A DNA stretch of 64,000 nt from Mobula hypostoma (lineage: Eukaryota): positions 25,048,001 through 25,112,000 of the forward strand of contig NC_086108.1 in NCBI RefSeq assembly GCF_963921235.1. The letters are read 5' to 3'. The notes below the pieces were generated by a model. The model searched no databases. It was not told where the DNA came from and saw only the letters and a list, made by a program, of their open reading frames with translations. The translations under genes and the position numbers were made by a program. Positions 1-13,235 of this stretch are shown in pieces. Positions within the stretch are counted from its first letter, which is position 1, and each line of letters opens with the position of its first letter.

Positions 1-149
1 AACTTGAACATGTATCCACAATATCAGCTACACAAATTTCCTTTGACTTTAGGTAGTAAAATGAAACCAGGAAAATATAATCTCATTTCTGGAATTCAAA
101 ATCAAAAGTATGGATAAATCAAATTTGGAATAAAAATATTCATCAACAA

Positions 150-422
150 GATGTGGATAGCCAACTTTTGTTGTCCATTTTTAATTACACCTAAATTAGG
201 AGCTGTATTATGTTAGCCAGATTCACACAGATGACCACTTTTCTATCCTGAAGGGCAGTAGTGAAACAGGTGGAATTTTACAGCAGTCTAGCAGCATCAC
301 TGTCACCGTTACTTAAGTTTAAACTCTCAGCTTCCCAGAGTAGGATTTGAACTCAAGACTCTGGATCAATGGTCCAGAATATTGGCTGTCTGTCTGGTAG
401 TAATTTAACTAGTATGTCACCA
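150..422 (-). mobile_element. Degenerate tRNA-derived SINE
   Basis: The minus strand reads GGTGACATACTAGTT...GAGTTCAAATCC (A-box/B-box-like), followed by a body resembling chondrichthyan SINE2 elements. A similar remnant lies at about 38880-39260. Confidence 0.5.
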
Positions 423-989
423 GTGTATTTCCATTGAAGTTATGCTGATTTGATTCATCCATCTGTGAAGTGAAGGCCTCTCAATAAGTATTTTGAATAT
501 TGATGACCATCTCAAATTCCACTGTGCCTGACCATAGCTCAGAATGTGCCCATGCTTTACCTCACCATGATGCAAATATCTGTCATATTTACAAACTGTC
601 AGATATCAAGCAGTGGGCAGTGTTCCTGATGCAACGTCATTCCTTTTGAGATCAACTATATAGCTATATTTCAAATAAAGTTGATTTTATGGACCCAGTT
701 ATTCTGAAACTAAAAGACCATGTAATGGGTCATTAGAACGGCGGAAGCAAGCTCTATAATTTTTACAGAGGGAGCTGTGAAAATTTAATTCTGAGGTGTC
801 AGGTATCACGATAAATCCTCATATCTTTCAATAATATGCAATAAAAACACAAAACTTCTGTCTGCTCTCTTAACGATTCCATGAATGAGAGTATTATGAA
901 TAAAATCAGTAGTGGGAAATTAATCCTGTGCTTTAGTCAGAATCAACATTCAGAATAATCTGAAACATCACAGGCATAGGGAATATTCA

Positions 990-1046
990 CACTCACTGGC
1001 TGCTTTATTGGATACAGGAGGCACCTAATAAAGTAGCCACTGAGGG
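990..1046. mobile_element. TIR-only Tc1-like mini element
   Basis: CACTCACTGGCTGCTTTATTGGATAC...GCACCTAATAAAGTAGCCACTGAGGG: two imperfect inverted termini separated by only a few bases. Confidence 0.65.
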
Positions 1047-1064
1047 CAATTCTGAATGGTTGCT

Positions 1065-1897
1065 CTATCTATAAACTTGCTGATGACACAAATACTGTTG
1101 GTAGAATTTCAGATAGCAATGAGGAGATGTACAAGGGTGAGATAGATCAGCTGGTTGAGTGGTGTCACAACAACAACCTTGCACTCAATGCCAGTTAGAC
1201 CAAGGAACTGATTGTGGACTTCAGGAAGGGAAGTAGTGAGAACACACACCAGTCCAGCAGTGGAAAGTGTGAGCAATTTTAATTTCCTGGGTGTCAACAT
1301 CTCTGAAGATCTAACCTGGGTCCAACATATTGATGCAAGTAAAAAGAAGGCACAAAAGTGACTATATTTCACTAGAAGAGAATTGCAAGACTCTTGCAAA
1401 TTTCTACAGATGTACCATGGAGAGTATTCTAGCTGATTTCATCACCATCTGGTGTGGAAGGACCACTGTATACGATCAGAAAAAGCTGCAAAAAGTTGCA
1501 AACTCAGCCAGGTCCATCATGGACACTAGCCTCCCCAGCACTGAGGACATCTTCAGAAGTTAATACCTCGAAAAAGCAGCATCCATCATTAAGGATCCAT
1601 GACATGTCCTCTTCCCATTGTTGCCATTGAGGAGGAAGTATAGGAGCCTGAAGACAAAAAACTCAACAGCTTAAGAACAGCTTTTTCCCCTCCGCCATCA
1701 GATTTCTGAATGGACAATAAATCCATGTACACTACCTCACATTTTTTTTTTGCTATTTTTGCACTACTTATTTAATTTAATTTTCAATATATTTCTTAGT
1801 TAAATTAATAGTTATTATTGTTATGTACTGCTGGCACAAAACAACAAATTACACAACATACACCAATGATATTAAATCTGATTCTGCTTCTAATTCT
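1065..1897 (+). mobile_element. Rex/Babar-type LINE, 5'-truncated and degenerate
   Basis: Fragmented RT C-terminus (K.ADDT, KTKELIVDFRK, FYRCTMESIL), then a 3' UTR and an (ATTCTG)n-type tail at about 1877-1897. Confidence 0.8.
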
Positions 1898-2212
1898 GCT
1901 GCTGTAGCCCATCCACTTCAAAGTTCAACATGTTGGCGTTGAGAGTTACTCTTCTTTTTACTACCATTGTTACACATGGTTACTTGAGTTAGTGTCGCCT
2001 GCTTGTCAACTTGAACCAGTCAAGCAATTTTCCTCTGACTTCTCTCATTATAAATGTGTGTTTGCACACAGAACTGCCACTCACCAGATTTTTTTTGCAC
2101 CATCCAATATAAATTCTAGAGACTGCTGTGATGAAAATCCCAGGAGATCAGAAGTTTCTGATATACTCAAACCATCCCACCTAGCACCAACAGTCATTTC
2201 ACCGTTAAAGTA
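1898..2212 (-). mobile_element. Internal fragment of a Tc1-like element
   Basis: Resembles the 5' transposase region of a widespread fish Tc1-like family (GATACTCAAACC..., GAAAATCCCAGGAGATCAG). Probably the same family as the termini at 990-1046. Confidence 0.55.
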
Positions 2213-2483
2213 GATAGGAAAAATTGGACTTAATTTACACCTGCATTGTCATATGAGTAGATGTAACTATGGACAAACATTCTGGGACAGATTATGGCAA
2301 AATGTAACCAGATATAAAGAACTGTCTGCTGACAAATTATTTTGCCAATTATGTGAAGTAGTTAAATGTTGCTTCAGATGACAATGTAGCTAGAGCCTCT
2401 CCAAAATACAAGTGTATATATGTATGCAATTTTCATTTCATCGTCATCCTTGTGGTTTGCTCCGTTGTTGATTGTAGAATTGA

Positions 2484-2550
2484 GGGAGAGGGAGAGAGGG
2501 AGAGAGGGAGGGGGAGAGAGAGAGGGAGAGAGAGAGAGAGAGAGAGAGAG
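2484..2550. repeat. (GA)n/polypurine microsatellite
   Basis: Directly visible GAGGGAGA/GAGA run abutting the 5' end of a CR1 copy. Confidence 0.95.
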
Positions 2551-4064
2551 CAAGAATATTTGAAAAACATTAGGATAGATAAGTCCCTGAAGGTCAACAG
2601 GATATACTGCAAGGTGTAATGGGAAGTGGTAGAAGACACTGCTGATCTTTGCATCCTCACTGGCTAAAGGAGTAGTACCAGATGATTGAAGGGTAGCAAT
2701 TGTTATTCCTTTGTTCAAGTAATGCAGCAGGGATTAACTTGGGAATTATAGACCAGTGAGTTTTACTCCAGTGATCGGCCAGTTGTTGGAGTAAGTTCCT
2801 TGAATCAGGATTTATGAGTTTTTGGAGAAGCATAATCTTACTTAGGATAGTCAGCATGGATTTGTGAAGGCAGGTCATGCCTCACAAATCTGACTGAATT
2901 ATTTGAGGATGTGGCGAAGCATATTGATTAAGGTAGAGTTATGTACGTGGATTTTAGAAAGGCATTCAACAAGGTTCCCCATGGAAAGCCCAATAAGAAA
3001 GTCAGGAGGCATGGAATCCAGGAAACTTGGCTATGTAGATTCAGAATAGGCTTGTCCGTAGAAGAGAGAGGGTGGTTGTCGATGGTGTGTATTCCACCTG
3101 GAGGTTGATGACCAGGACGTTCTATAGGGTTCTGTCTAGGACACCTGTTCTTTGTGATTTTTGTAAATGACTTGGGTGAGGAATTGGAAGTGTGAGTTAG
3201 TGAGTTTACAGATGACACAAAGGTTGGTGGAGTTGAAGATGGTGTTGAAGGTTGTCATAAGTTACAATAGGACATTGACAGGATGCAGAGCAGGGCTGAG
3301 AAGTGGCAGATGGAATTCAATCGGGAAACATGTGGTAGATTAAAATTGAAGGCAGAATACAGTATTAATGGAAGGATTCTTAGTAATGAGGTGAAACAGA
3401 GGGATCTTGGATTCCACATCAAGAGAAAAGGGTTATTCAAAAGGTGCTTGATGTGTTGGCCTTTATTAGTTAGGGGATTAAATTCAAGAGCTGTGAGTTA
3501 ATGTTGCAGATCTGTAAAATTTTGGGCGGACCACACTTGAAATATTGTGTTCACTTCTGGTCGCCTCATTATGGGAAAGATGTGTAACCTATAGAGACGT
3601 GCAGATTTACCAGGATGCTCTCTGCATTAGAAAGCATATCTTATGAGGATAGGTTGAGTGAGCTAGGACTTTTCTCTTTGGAGTGAAGGAAGATTAAAGG
3701 TGGTTTGACAGAGGTGTAAAAGATGAAAAGAGACATAGATCAAGTTGATAGCCAGAACATTTTTCAAAGGATGGAAATAGATCATGCAAGGGGTCATAAT
3801 TTTAAGGTGATTGTAGGAAAGCAAAGGGGGATGTCAGAGATAAAAGTTTTTTACACAGATGGTGGAGGATATATGGCAGGGGTGGTGATGGAGGCAAATA
3901 CATTATGGACATTTGAGAAACTCTTGGATAGGTGCATGGATGATATAAAAATAGAGGTCTGTGAAGGGTTAGATTGATCTTAGAGCACAAAAGATTGGCA
4001 CAACATTGTGGGCTGAAGGATCTGCACTGGGATGTAAAATTCTATGTTCCATGTGCTATGTTCT
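2551..4064 (+). mobile_element. CR1-type LINE, degenerate ORF2 and tail
   Basis: Remnants of DKSP, NYRPVS, DFRKAFNKVPH, F.DDTK and AEKWQMEFN with many stops and frameshifts. TTCTATG-type tail at 4040-4064. Confidence 0.88.
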
Positions 4065-4147
4065 CATTCACGGTTTCACTGTGCCTTTATTCATTCTAGT
4101 GCACCTGGTCCTTTCCCCATGAATGCAGCTTGACTGAAAGACGGGTA

Positions 4148-4823
4148 TAGTCGGCCCTCTGTATCCGCGTGTTCCGCATCCGCAGATTCAACCAACCGCG
4201 GATCGAAAATATTCAGAAAAAAATTCCAGAAAGTTCCAAAAAGCAAAACTTGAATTTGCCACACGCCGAGCACCACACTGAATCCACGCGAATGAAGTGA
4301 CGTGTAGGCATACCCTGCTGTAGCCTCCTGCCATTTCATAGATCCTCAGTCTCTCTCCAGCACTCATTGTTTGAGCATTGTTCGCCTTGTGTCTCGTTCA
4401 TTCGCTACTTGTGTTGTGAGCGAGAGGAAGGAGTTTAAGGCTAGTAAGGGATGGCTGGCTAGCGATGTAAAGTGTTACTGCCTCAAGAACTTAAAGATCA
4501 TGGGAGAATCAGCATTGGCTGATGCCAAGGCAGCATCAGTGTTCCCAGAAGGGCTACGATGGTTGCGACTGTACTGAACATACACAGACTTCTTTTTCTT
4601 GTCATTATTCCCTAAACAATACAGTATAACAACTATTTACATAGTATTTACATTGTATTAGGTATTATAAGTAATCTAGAGATGATTTAAAGTATAAGGA
4701 AGGATGTGCGTAGGTTATATGCAAATACTATGCCATTTTATATAAGGGACTTGAGCATCTGTGGATTTTGGTATCAGCGGGGGGTCCTGGCACCAATCCT
4801 CCACAGATATCGAGGGACAACTG
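4148..4823 (+). mobile_element. Non-autonomous Tigger/pogo element, MER2/MER2B-like
   Basis: TA on both sides (4146-47 and 4824-25). TIRs (T/C)AGTCGGCCCTCTGTATC...GATATCGAGGGACAACTG. Internal CENP-B-type HTH remnant EFKASKGWL...LKNLKIMGESALAD (ORF 4371-4577). Confidence 0.88.
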
Positions 4824-5159
4824 TACTGTCTTCCGGATGAGGACACTGAGGGTGGCCTGGCTTTTTTGGGGATGATCTAGAGCAACTTGAGCTAGTTGGC
4901 TGCCGTCATCAGCAAGCTTGAGTGATAAGAATGGATGTAGACATGTGTCAGAAAGCATGCTGCATTGGATTCAAGATTACTTGTGAACGGATGTCATGAT
5001 CTAAGAAGTATATGTAGTTGAGAATGTTATGATACTGAAGCATCTTCCTATACTGCACAGAACATCTTACTATAACACTTTACTTTGGGCATTGACATTT
5101 GATCTTCTGTGTTTCCACTGCCTTCTGAATATATATCTAAGTAACATTCTGCTGCATAT

Positions 5160-5345
5160 TCAGAAAGTCTCAGCAGGTCAGGCAGCATTTTTGGAAAGGA
5201 ATAAAAAATCAATGTATCAGGATAAGACCCTTCCAGAATGTTGACTCTTGATTTCTCTCCATAGCTGCTGCCCGACGTGCTGAATCCCTCCAGCATTTTC
5301 TGTGTGTTGCTCAAGATCTCCAGCTTTTGCAGAATCTCTTCTGTT
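5160..5345. repeat. Degenerate inverted Penelope-type terminal repeat pair
   Basis: CAGCAGGTCAGGCAGCAT... is inverted against ...GCTGCCCGACGTGCTG...CAGCATTTTCTGTGTGTTGC. Same family as 52626-52862. Confidence 0.65.
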
Positions 5346-6619
5346 CAGAAGCTCCCCACATCTCTTCATCTTGCTAGTATGTATGCATGGTATCCCTGAG
5401 AATGTAGAGTATTTGGTGAGTCATAAGATTTGTTAAAACATTTGCATCTGGTTTATTCAATCAACTAACTGCATTTGCATGTGCATCAGTATCATACATA
5501 TACATTATACGTTAATGTATGACTCTGTTTTCTCCTTTTTGAAAAAGAAGACTGACTCATATGTGTAAATCAACTGCAGATTTAACCTCTTCACAGCTTC
5601 TTAGAGGATCTTTGAGCTTTTCAAGGGAGATATGTTGTGATATCTATTTCTTGAGTTGAGGAAGGCACTCCAATATCCCATGTCAGAACGTCAGACTTAC
5701 AAGATGATGTTAGCACATACAGTATACTCCTTCAAGTTATTTGAATTGGTTCTCTCTGGTTCTTGATTCATTACTTTGATTCTTTCTTAACTCTCTCTCT
5801 TCCGCTCTCTCCTCAAGGCTTGTCTAAATGAATATCAGTCGCACACGTCTTCGATGTATAACTAATTCAGTAGGAGTATTACTTGCTGTGGAATATGGCA
5901 TAGTTAAATAAGTTTTCTACCAAGCACCCTTATAATTTGTCTACCTTCAGAACCTCTTAGACAATTCTAACTCAACACTGTACCATTTAAGACGGGGGAG
6001 AAAGTGAAAAGTAAGGGTGTGCATGATATTATTTTGTTTCTTGAAGTGCTCAGGTAGAAATGATCAGATCTGAGAACTATTATCTAAGACTAGTTCTTTT
6101 GGTAAGCTCTCATATGAGAAAAGTGATTCTTCTTTTGACAGTACTACCTCGGTATGTTGGCAGGACCCAATATACATCATCTCAATCATTCTGAATAATT
6201 ACCTATCACTCAGTTTCTCATGTTAATCAACATATATTAATTGGACACCCTTCCATGGTCGTTTCAAACTGCTATTGCTGTCCTTACAGGGTTTGATCTG
6301 GATTCGCAGCAGACAGTTTTATCTAAGCCCAGCCACCGAACTTAATGCCTGGCAATTGCATTCATCTACACTGTATCAGAAAGTTCTGGCTGAAGGTCTA
6401 CCAAAATGTCTCTACTCAACACATAAGGTATCATAACTCTATTTTCATTCCTAATACAGACTTCTCCCATTGACTTCCATTGCTGCTTATGCTGCAGCCT
6501 TTTCAAATATTCTTGCATTAGCATAATATCTTAACCATATCTTCATTATTGAATTCAGAAAATCATCCTACTATTTTTGACGTGAAGGCAATGATGTCAC
6601 CATTCTGTCTGAATTTCTA

Positions 6620-7914
6620 TTGGAGATACATAATATAATAGGCCAAAGTCAGCATGCTTTCCTTAATGGGAAATCTTGCCTGACAAATCTGCAGGAATTC
6701 TTTGAGGAAATAACAGGCAGCATAGACATAAGAGTCAGTAGATGTTGTTTACTAGAACTTTCAGAATGCTTTTGACAAAGTGCTGACCATGAGGCTGATT
6801 AACAAGATAAGAGCCCATAGTATTACATAGAAGATACTAGCATGGATAGAAGATTGGCTGACTGGCAGAGGAAAAAGGGTGGGAATAAAGGCACCTATTC
6901 TGGTTGGCTGGCAGTGACTAGTGATGTTCCACAAGGGTCAATGTTGGGAGCCCTTCTTTTCACCTTATATGTCAGTGATTTGGATGATGGAATTGAAGGC
7001 TTTGTGGCCAAGTTTGCAGATGATATGAAAATAGGTGGAGGAGCAGGTAGTGTTGCAGAACGACTTAAATGGGTTAGGAGAATGGGCAAAGAAGTGGCAG
7101 GTGGAATATAGTGCAGTGAAGTGTATGGTCTTGCATTTTGGTAAAAGAAATAAATGTGTAGACTTCTCTATAAATGGGAGAAAATTTAAAAATCAGAGAT
7201 ACAAGAGACATGGGAGTCCCTATGCAGGATTCCATAAACGTTAGCTTGCAGGTTGAGTCAGTGATGAGTAAGGCAAATGCAACGTGAGCATTCATTTCCA
7301 GAGGACTAGAATATAAGAGCAAGAAAGTAATGCTGCAGCTTCAAAAGGCATTGGTCAGACTGCATTCGGAGTATTGTGTACAGTTTTGGGCCCCTTACCT
7401 AAGACAAGATTTGCTGGCTTTGGAGAACACACAGAGGAGGTTCACAAGAACGATTCTAGAAATAAAAGTGTTACCATATGAGGAGCTTTGGGCCTGTACT
7501 TGCTGGAATTTAGAAGCATGTGGGGGGGGGGGGCGGGGGAGGATCTCATTGAAACCAGTCGAATATTGAAATGTCTAGATAAGGTGGATGTGGAGAGGAT
7601 GTTTCCTGTAGTGGAAGTCTAGTACCAAAGGGCAAAGACTTGGAATATAGGGATGTCAATTTAGAACAGAAAGGAGGAGGAATTTCTTTAGACAGACGAT
7701 AGTGAATCTGTGGAATTCAATGCCATGGAGGCCAAGTCATTGGGTATACTTAAAGCGGAGGTTGATAGGTTTTTGATTAGTCAGGATTTTTAAGGTTACA
7801 GGGAGAAGGCAGGAGAATAGGGTTGAGAAGGATAATATATCAGCCATAATGGAATGGTGGAGCAGTCTTGATAGGCCTAACAGTCTAATTCTGCTCCTCT
7901 GTCTTATGGTCTTA
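6620..7914 (+). mobile_element. CR1-type LINE, 5'-truncated and degenerate
   Basis: VPQGSMLG, AKFADD, WAKKWQ and YCVQFWAP fragments in several frames. TCTTATGG tail. Confidence 0.92.
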
Positions 7915-10683
7915 GTGTAAACTCGATAACACATCTGCAACAGTATTTTATTTTGAACTTGTATTGCAATCATATTGAAATAAGTGTCCATTTTTGCACT
8001 TTTGATGCAGCTGTTGTTGGTATTGCTGGATTAGAACCAAGAACATCTAACAAGGTTTATTGTCTGTAATCGAATAGTGACATTTGCCAAATTATCAAAA
8101 CCTTATTAATTTATAACAATTTCTCAATTTGAGCATACATTTTGACAATGTATGCAATGCCAACACCTTGTTGGCCATCATTATTACATGACTTCCAACT
8201 GCTCAGTAATTCAATGCTTCATGTGCAAATATCTGTAACATTTATTCACTCCAGCACGAGTGATCATGTGCTGAGACTGATGCTTTCCACTGGCGATATT
8301 CAACCTCTGTTCATTGACTATGAACTGACACTGTATTTGTATGCTGCTTTGGACAAAATACATTTACGTTTCTCAATGCCATTTCCACATGTCACAATTT
8401 TGCAACTGAGCTCAAATGTGAGGTTCTAATGTTAATAACGTGACCAATTCTGCTGATTGATTGAAGCACAAATGAATTTATCATACAGTGCATCGGTTAC
8501 GATGCCAAGGTTGCAGCACAGAGATGGGTCTTTTAACTTGGCATCCCAGTCATTGTCAAGTCTTGCTGACTCCTGGCTCCTAATTCCAAACGAGTTCTAG
8601 TTCCTAGTTTCAAAACTCTCCCTGACAGTTTAGAATTTAAATTATCCTGCAACTTTTGTGTAACTTCGCTAATCAAATCAGCTGTTTCCCATGGCATTCA
8701 ATATATTCAATTGTGCAAGTCATTTCAGGTAAGAGAATATGTTTTTTTTTGCACTCCTCTGTGGCACCATTTTATGCAGATAATTTGCTGCAGAAGAAAA
8801 AACTTCTTTGATGGACTGAAAAACTCACATATGAAAGCCTCCAATGTAACCTGCTGTGTCTTACTGGTGACAAAGTGTCTCCACAATGACAATTACGCAT
8901 TCTGCTATTTCTTACAGTACCTTTTATCCAATTACTGTTGTTTCAGGCAGTGCAATGCTTACTATAGACTTTAACTAGTCCAGGTTATGGGCTTTCAGAT
9001 TCACTCACACTTGTCAATGGACATGGAGACTATGTTATTTTGTTGATTCTCTATGTTCATCATCAATTTGTTTTTGAGCGTACATACGTTCCTTCCTCCT
9101 GACCTGGACAATGCAGTGTTTATTGATAAACACAAGGAGACACAGAGAACAGGTGGAATCTGTGTTTTCAGTTAACCACGTGCAATGTGCAAATGATATA
9201 TTCAGCTAATTACCAAGAACATCCAAACAATCTGTATCATACATATTGCTGTAAGACAACTTCACCTACAAGATCTTACATATTGTATGAGGAGAAAACT
9301 GAAGCAATCTCAGATTGGCCTTTGCTCCAACTAACAGAGTCCAGATTGCCTTCCTGTAACCACAAAGTTACCTCCCCTTTAAGAAGTGCAAGGTGCCTTT
9401 AAGCAGCTGTTTGTGACATTGATGTCTTTGCTGGTGCACACTATCTGGGTAGTGTTGGCTGTACGCAGCAATGGTGTGAAACAGCAAGAAGCCCCAATTT
9501 AACATACTGCCGGCAGTGTAATGATCAGGCCAAGTTTGGCTGCACACTGCAATCCTTCACTTTGCTTATATTATACACAACCTTACAACAGGCAAAAGAA
9601 AAAAACAATCAAATTTTCAGTTGAAAACCCAGGTCATAGAAGCAAAATGATGAATGCTGTACCTTAGTCTCCTGATAATTCTGTGAATATTACTGTACTA
9701 ATGTTGTTGAAAAGATAACTGATGGTAATTCAGAACCTGTGTGACCCAGATACCTGACAACTTTCAGCTTTTTCTTGGCTCTTCACAGATTGATTACCTC
9801 TTTGCTATGCCTGTGTATGTACAGCAGTAAATCAAAAAATTCTCAAGTCACTTTTCTTTCTGGCAAGATAAATTTTTTGTCCTTGGCATGGGAAAGCATG
9901 TAAGATGGCTGGGAAAACATCAGGTGTTCAATTTAGATGATGCACAATCAAATCGGAAAAAAATCAGAGGGTTTTGAGCACGAAAGGGTTCAGATAACAA
10001 GAATGGGAAACTGACCAACAGCACATGAAGTTCCTGATCAGTTGACGTACAATGAGTTCTGCAAAACCGTAATTAAGTCTGAAAAAAAATGAAAACTGCA
10101 ACTGCAGTTCCCAAAGGATTTGCATCGTTAGTCTAAGAAGTTGTCGTCGATATAACCACAAGATAAATTATTTATTTCTCTGCATGTTTAATACACTGGT
10201 GCTGTCAACACATATTCCACTTAGGAATTTATAAAAAAAATACAAAGAAAATGCTACCATAAAGGTTTTCCTTGAGGACAGCCTGATCGCATGGCAAGTG
10301 GGTACTGTGCAGGATATCCCATATCAATTCCCATATTGAGGGATTCCTCTACATGGGGTGATGCTGAAAGGAGTGAAAATGCGCATGAAGTAACACCCAC
10401 TGTAACTGAAGCGAGGATTTCTGAGCACAGAAGGACTTCCATTCGTTATTATAGTACCCATGATAATGCAAATCACTACTGTATTTGGTGTAGTGCAGAT
10501 AAAGCAGAGTTAATTTGGGATTTACTTCATCCACAGATGTAGCCTACATGATTAACAGTGAAGGATAGTTGACATAAAAGAGAAATATATGTTGCCCCAG
10601 GCTAACATGACATTTCAGAATCTTTAGGAATTTTCTGTCTCCCAGACAAATTGGATAACTATATAGCTTTTCTTATTTATATA

Positions 10684-12244
10684 TAAGACCATAAGACCGT
10701 AGGACAGAGAAGCAGGAGTCGGCCATTCGGCCCATCAAGTCTGCTCCGCCATTTTATCATGAGCTGATCCATTCTCCCATTTAGTCCCACTCCCCCGCCT
10801 TCTCACCATAACCTTTGATGCCCTGGCTACTCAGATACCTATCAATCTCTGCCTTAAATACACCCAATGACTTGGCCTTCACTACTGCCCGTGACAACAA
10901 ATTCCATAGATTCACCACCCTCTGGCTAAAAAAACTTTCTTCGCATTTCTGTTCTGAATGGGTGCCCTTCAATCCTGAAGACATGCCCTTTCTTACTAGA
11001 CTCCCCCATTATGGGAAACAACTTTGCCACATCCACTCTGTCCATGCCTTTCAACATTCGAAATGTTTCTATGAGATTCTCCCCTCATTCTTCTAAACTC
11101 CAAGGAATACAGTCCAAGAGCGGTCAAACGTTCCTCATATGTTAACCCTCTCATTCCTGGAATATTTCTAGTGAATCTTCTCTATACCCTCTCCAATGTC
11201 AGCACATCGTTTCTTAAATAAGGAACCCAAAACTGCCCACAGTACTCCAAGTGAGGTCTTATCAGCGCCTTATAGAGCCTCAACATCACATGCTCCTATA
11301 CTCTATTCCTCTAGAAATGAATGCCAACATTGCATTCGCCTTCTTCACTACCGACTCAACCTGGAGGTTAACCTAAAGAGTATCCTGTACGAGGACTCCC
11401 AAGTCCCATTGCATCTCAGAACTTTGAATTCTCTTCCCATTTAAGTAATAGTCTGCCCGTTTATTTCTTCTGCCAAAGTGCATAACCATACACTTTCCAA
11501 CATTGTATTTCTTTTGCAACTTCTTTGCCCATTCTTCCAATCTATCCAAGTCTCTCTGCAGACTCTCTGTTTCCTTAGCACTACCGGCCCCTCCACCTAT
11601 CTTTGTATCATCAGCAAACTTAGCCACAAAGCCATCTATTCCATAATCCAAGTCATTGATGTACAACGTAAAAAGAAGCAGCCCCAACACGGACCCCTGT
11701 GGAATACCACTGGTAACCGGCAGCCAACCAGAATAGGTCCCATTGCATCTCAGAACTTTGAGTTCTCTCCCCATTTAAATAATAGTCTGCCCATTTATTT
11801 CTTCTGCCAAAGTGCATAACCATACACTTTCCAACATTGTATTTCATTTGCCACTTCTTTGCCCATTCTTCCAATCTATCCAAGTCTCTCTGCAGACTCT
11901 CCGTTTCCTCAGCACTACCGGCCCCTCCACCTATCTTTGTATCATCAGCAAACTTAGCCACAAAGCCATCTATTCCATAATCCAAATCGTTGATGTACAA
12001 TGTAAAAAGAAGCAGCCCCAACACGGACCCCTGTGGAACACCACTGGTAACCGGCAGCCAACCAGAATAAGATCCCTTTATTCCCGCTCTCTGTTTCCTG
12101 CCAATCAGCCAACACCCTATCCATGTATGTAACTTTCCCGTAATTCCATGGGCTCTTATCTTGTTAAGTAGCCTCATGTGTGGCACCTTGTCAAAGGCCT
12201 TCTGAAAATCCAAATATACATTTGAAAATCCAAATATATGCATC
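10684..12244 (-). mobile_element. CR1-type LINE with a 334-bp internal tandem duplication
   Basis: [22 protein letters not shown] and KFADDTK motifs. (ATAAGACC)n tail at the left end. Segment 11403-11736 is repeated at 11737-12070. Confidence 0.95.
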
Positions 12245-12848
12245 ATCATCAAATGGGGAAAGAGCAAAAGGGAAGCACTGCTCAACAGTAATCCTTCTGA
12301 CAAATCCACCAGAATTGATAATGTAAAACCTGGTTTTATATTATGAACAATAACATGTCTCTGTGAAATCTCAGGACAAAAGAAATGTTCAACATATTGA
12401 TCCTTAAACGTATCATTGTCCTTCACTTCAGAAGGAGTTAAGAGAAATCCTTCTCCTTTCCACAGTGCTAAATAAAAGCTACCAAACAGATTAAATACTA
12501 CATTTATAAAGAATTGATATAAAGCAAATGCTGGATAATCTATTTTCATCTGTGTACAATAGAAATAAGGTATCACAGCTAAACTGCAATGTAAACCACA
12601 TTATTCGTAGTGTCTCTGAGTATTACTCTTTAACAGGGATCATTTACTAACCATTCATCGGATCTCATTATTGTCTTCCTCATTTTTTGGAGGAGTGAGT
12701 AGAGTATGAGAAGTTATAAAGTTTATTTGAAAATTCTCCAATCAAAAGGAAGTTTAGCCATTTTTGGGTGAAGATACTTATGTCTGAATCACACAACTTG
12801 ATTATTTCCTCAGATGCCAAAACATTCAGATTGTTTTGATTATATGTC

Positions 12849-13061
12849 ATGAGTAACTCTCAAAATCCAACCCTACATCCTCGTTGTGCGAGATGGAAAT
12901 GGGCAAGTCTGGCCAACAGGGCTCTGGTGAAGCTGTGTAGGCCATTTCCGTGTACAGTGGATATAATAGACTACAGAAACATTGATGAACTCCAAAACAG
13001 GAGGTCATCGATGACCTATGCTCCACTGGGAGCTAAGGGCCCCAAGAAGAAGAAGAAGAAT
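12849..13061 (+). mobile_element. Short RTE-like 3' fragment or RTE-dependent SINE
   Basis: Ends ...CCTATGCTCCACTGGGAGCTAAGGGCCC(AAG)n, resembling RTE-clade 3' ends. Confidence 0.45.
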
Positions 13062-13235
13062 AGGTCTGAGTGCATGGTAATGTTTTCTTGGATTGCATCT
13101 AACTTATAAACCATTCAAGAGTAAGGAAGTTTTCATGTAGTTTTATTGGACTTTGGAGAGTCCATACGTTAGGTACCTTGTATAGTTTCCCTGTACGAGA
13201 AAGGATATATTTTGTTCGTAAAGGTTTTGTATTGA

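Noticed and set aside
11653..12576. 307-aa ORF with a novel-looking N-terminus
   Set aside because: The N-terminal part is read-through of flanking DNA into a truncated CR1 RT. It has no recognisable domain.
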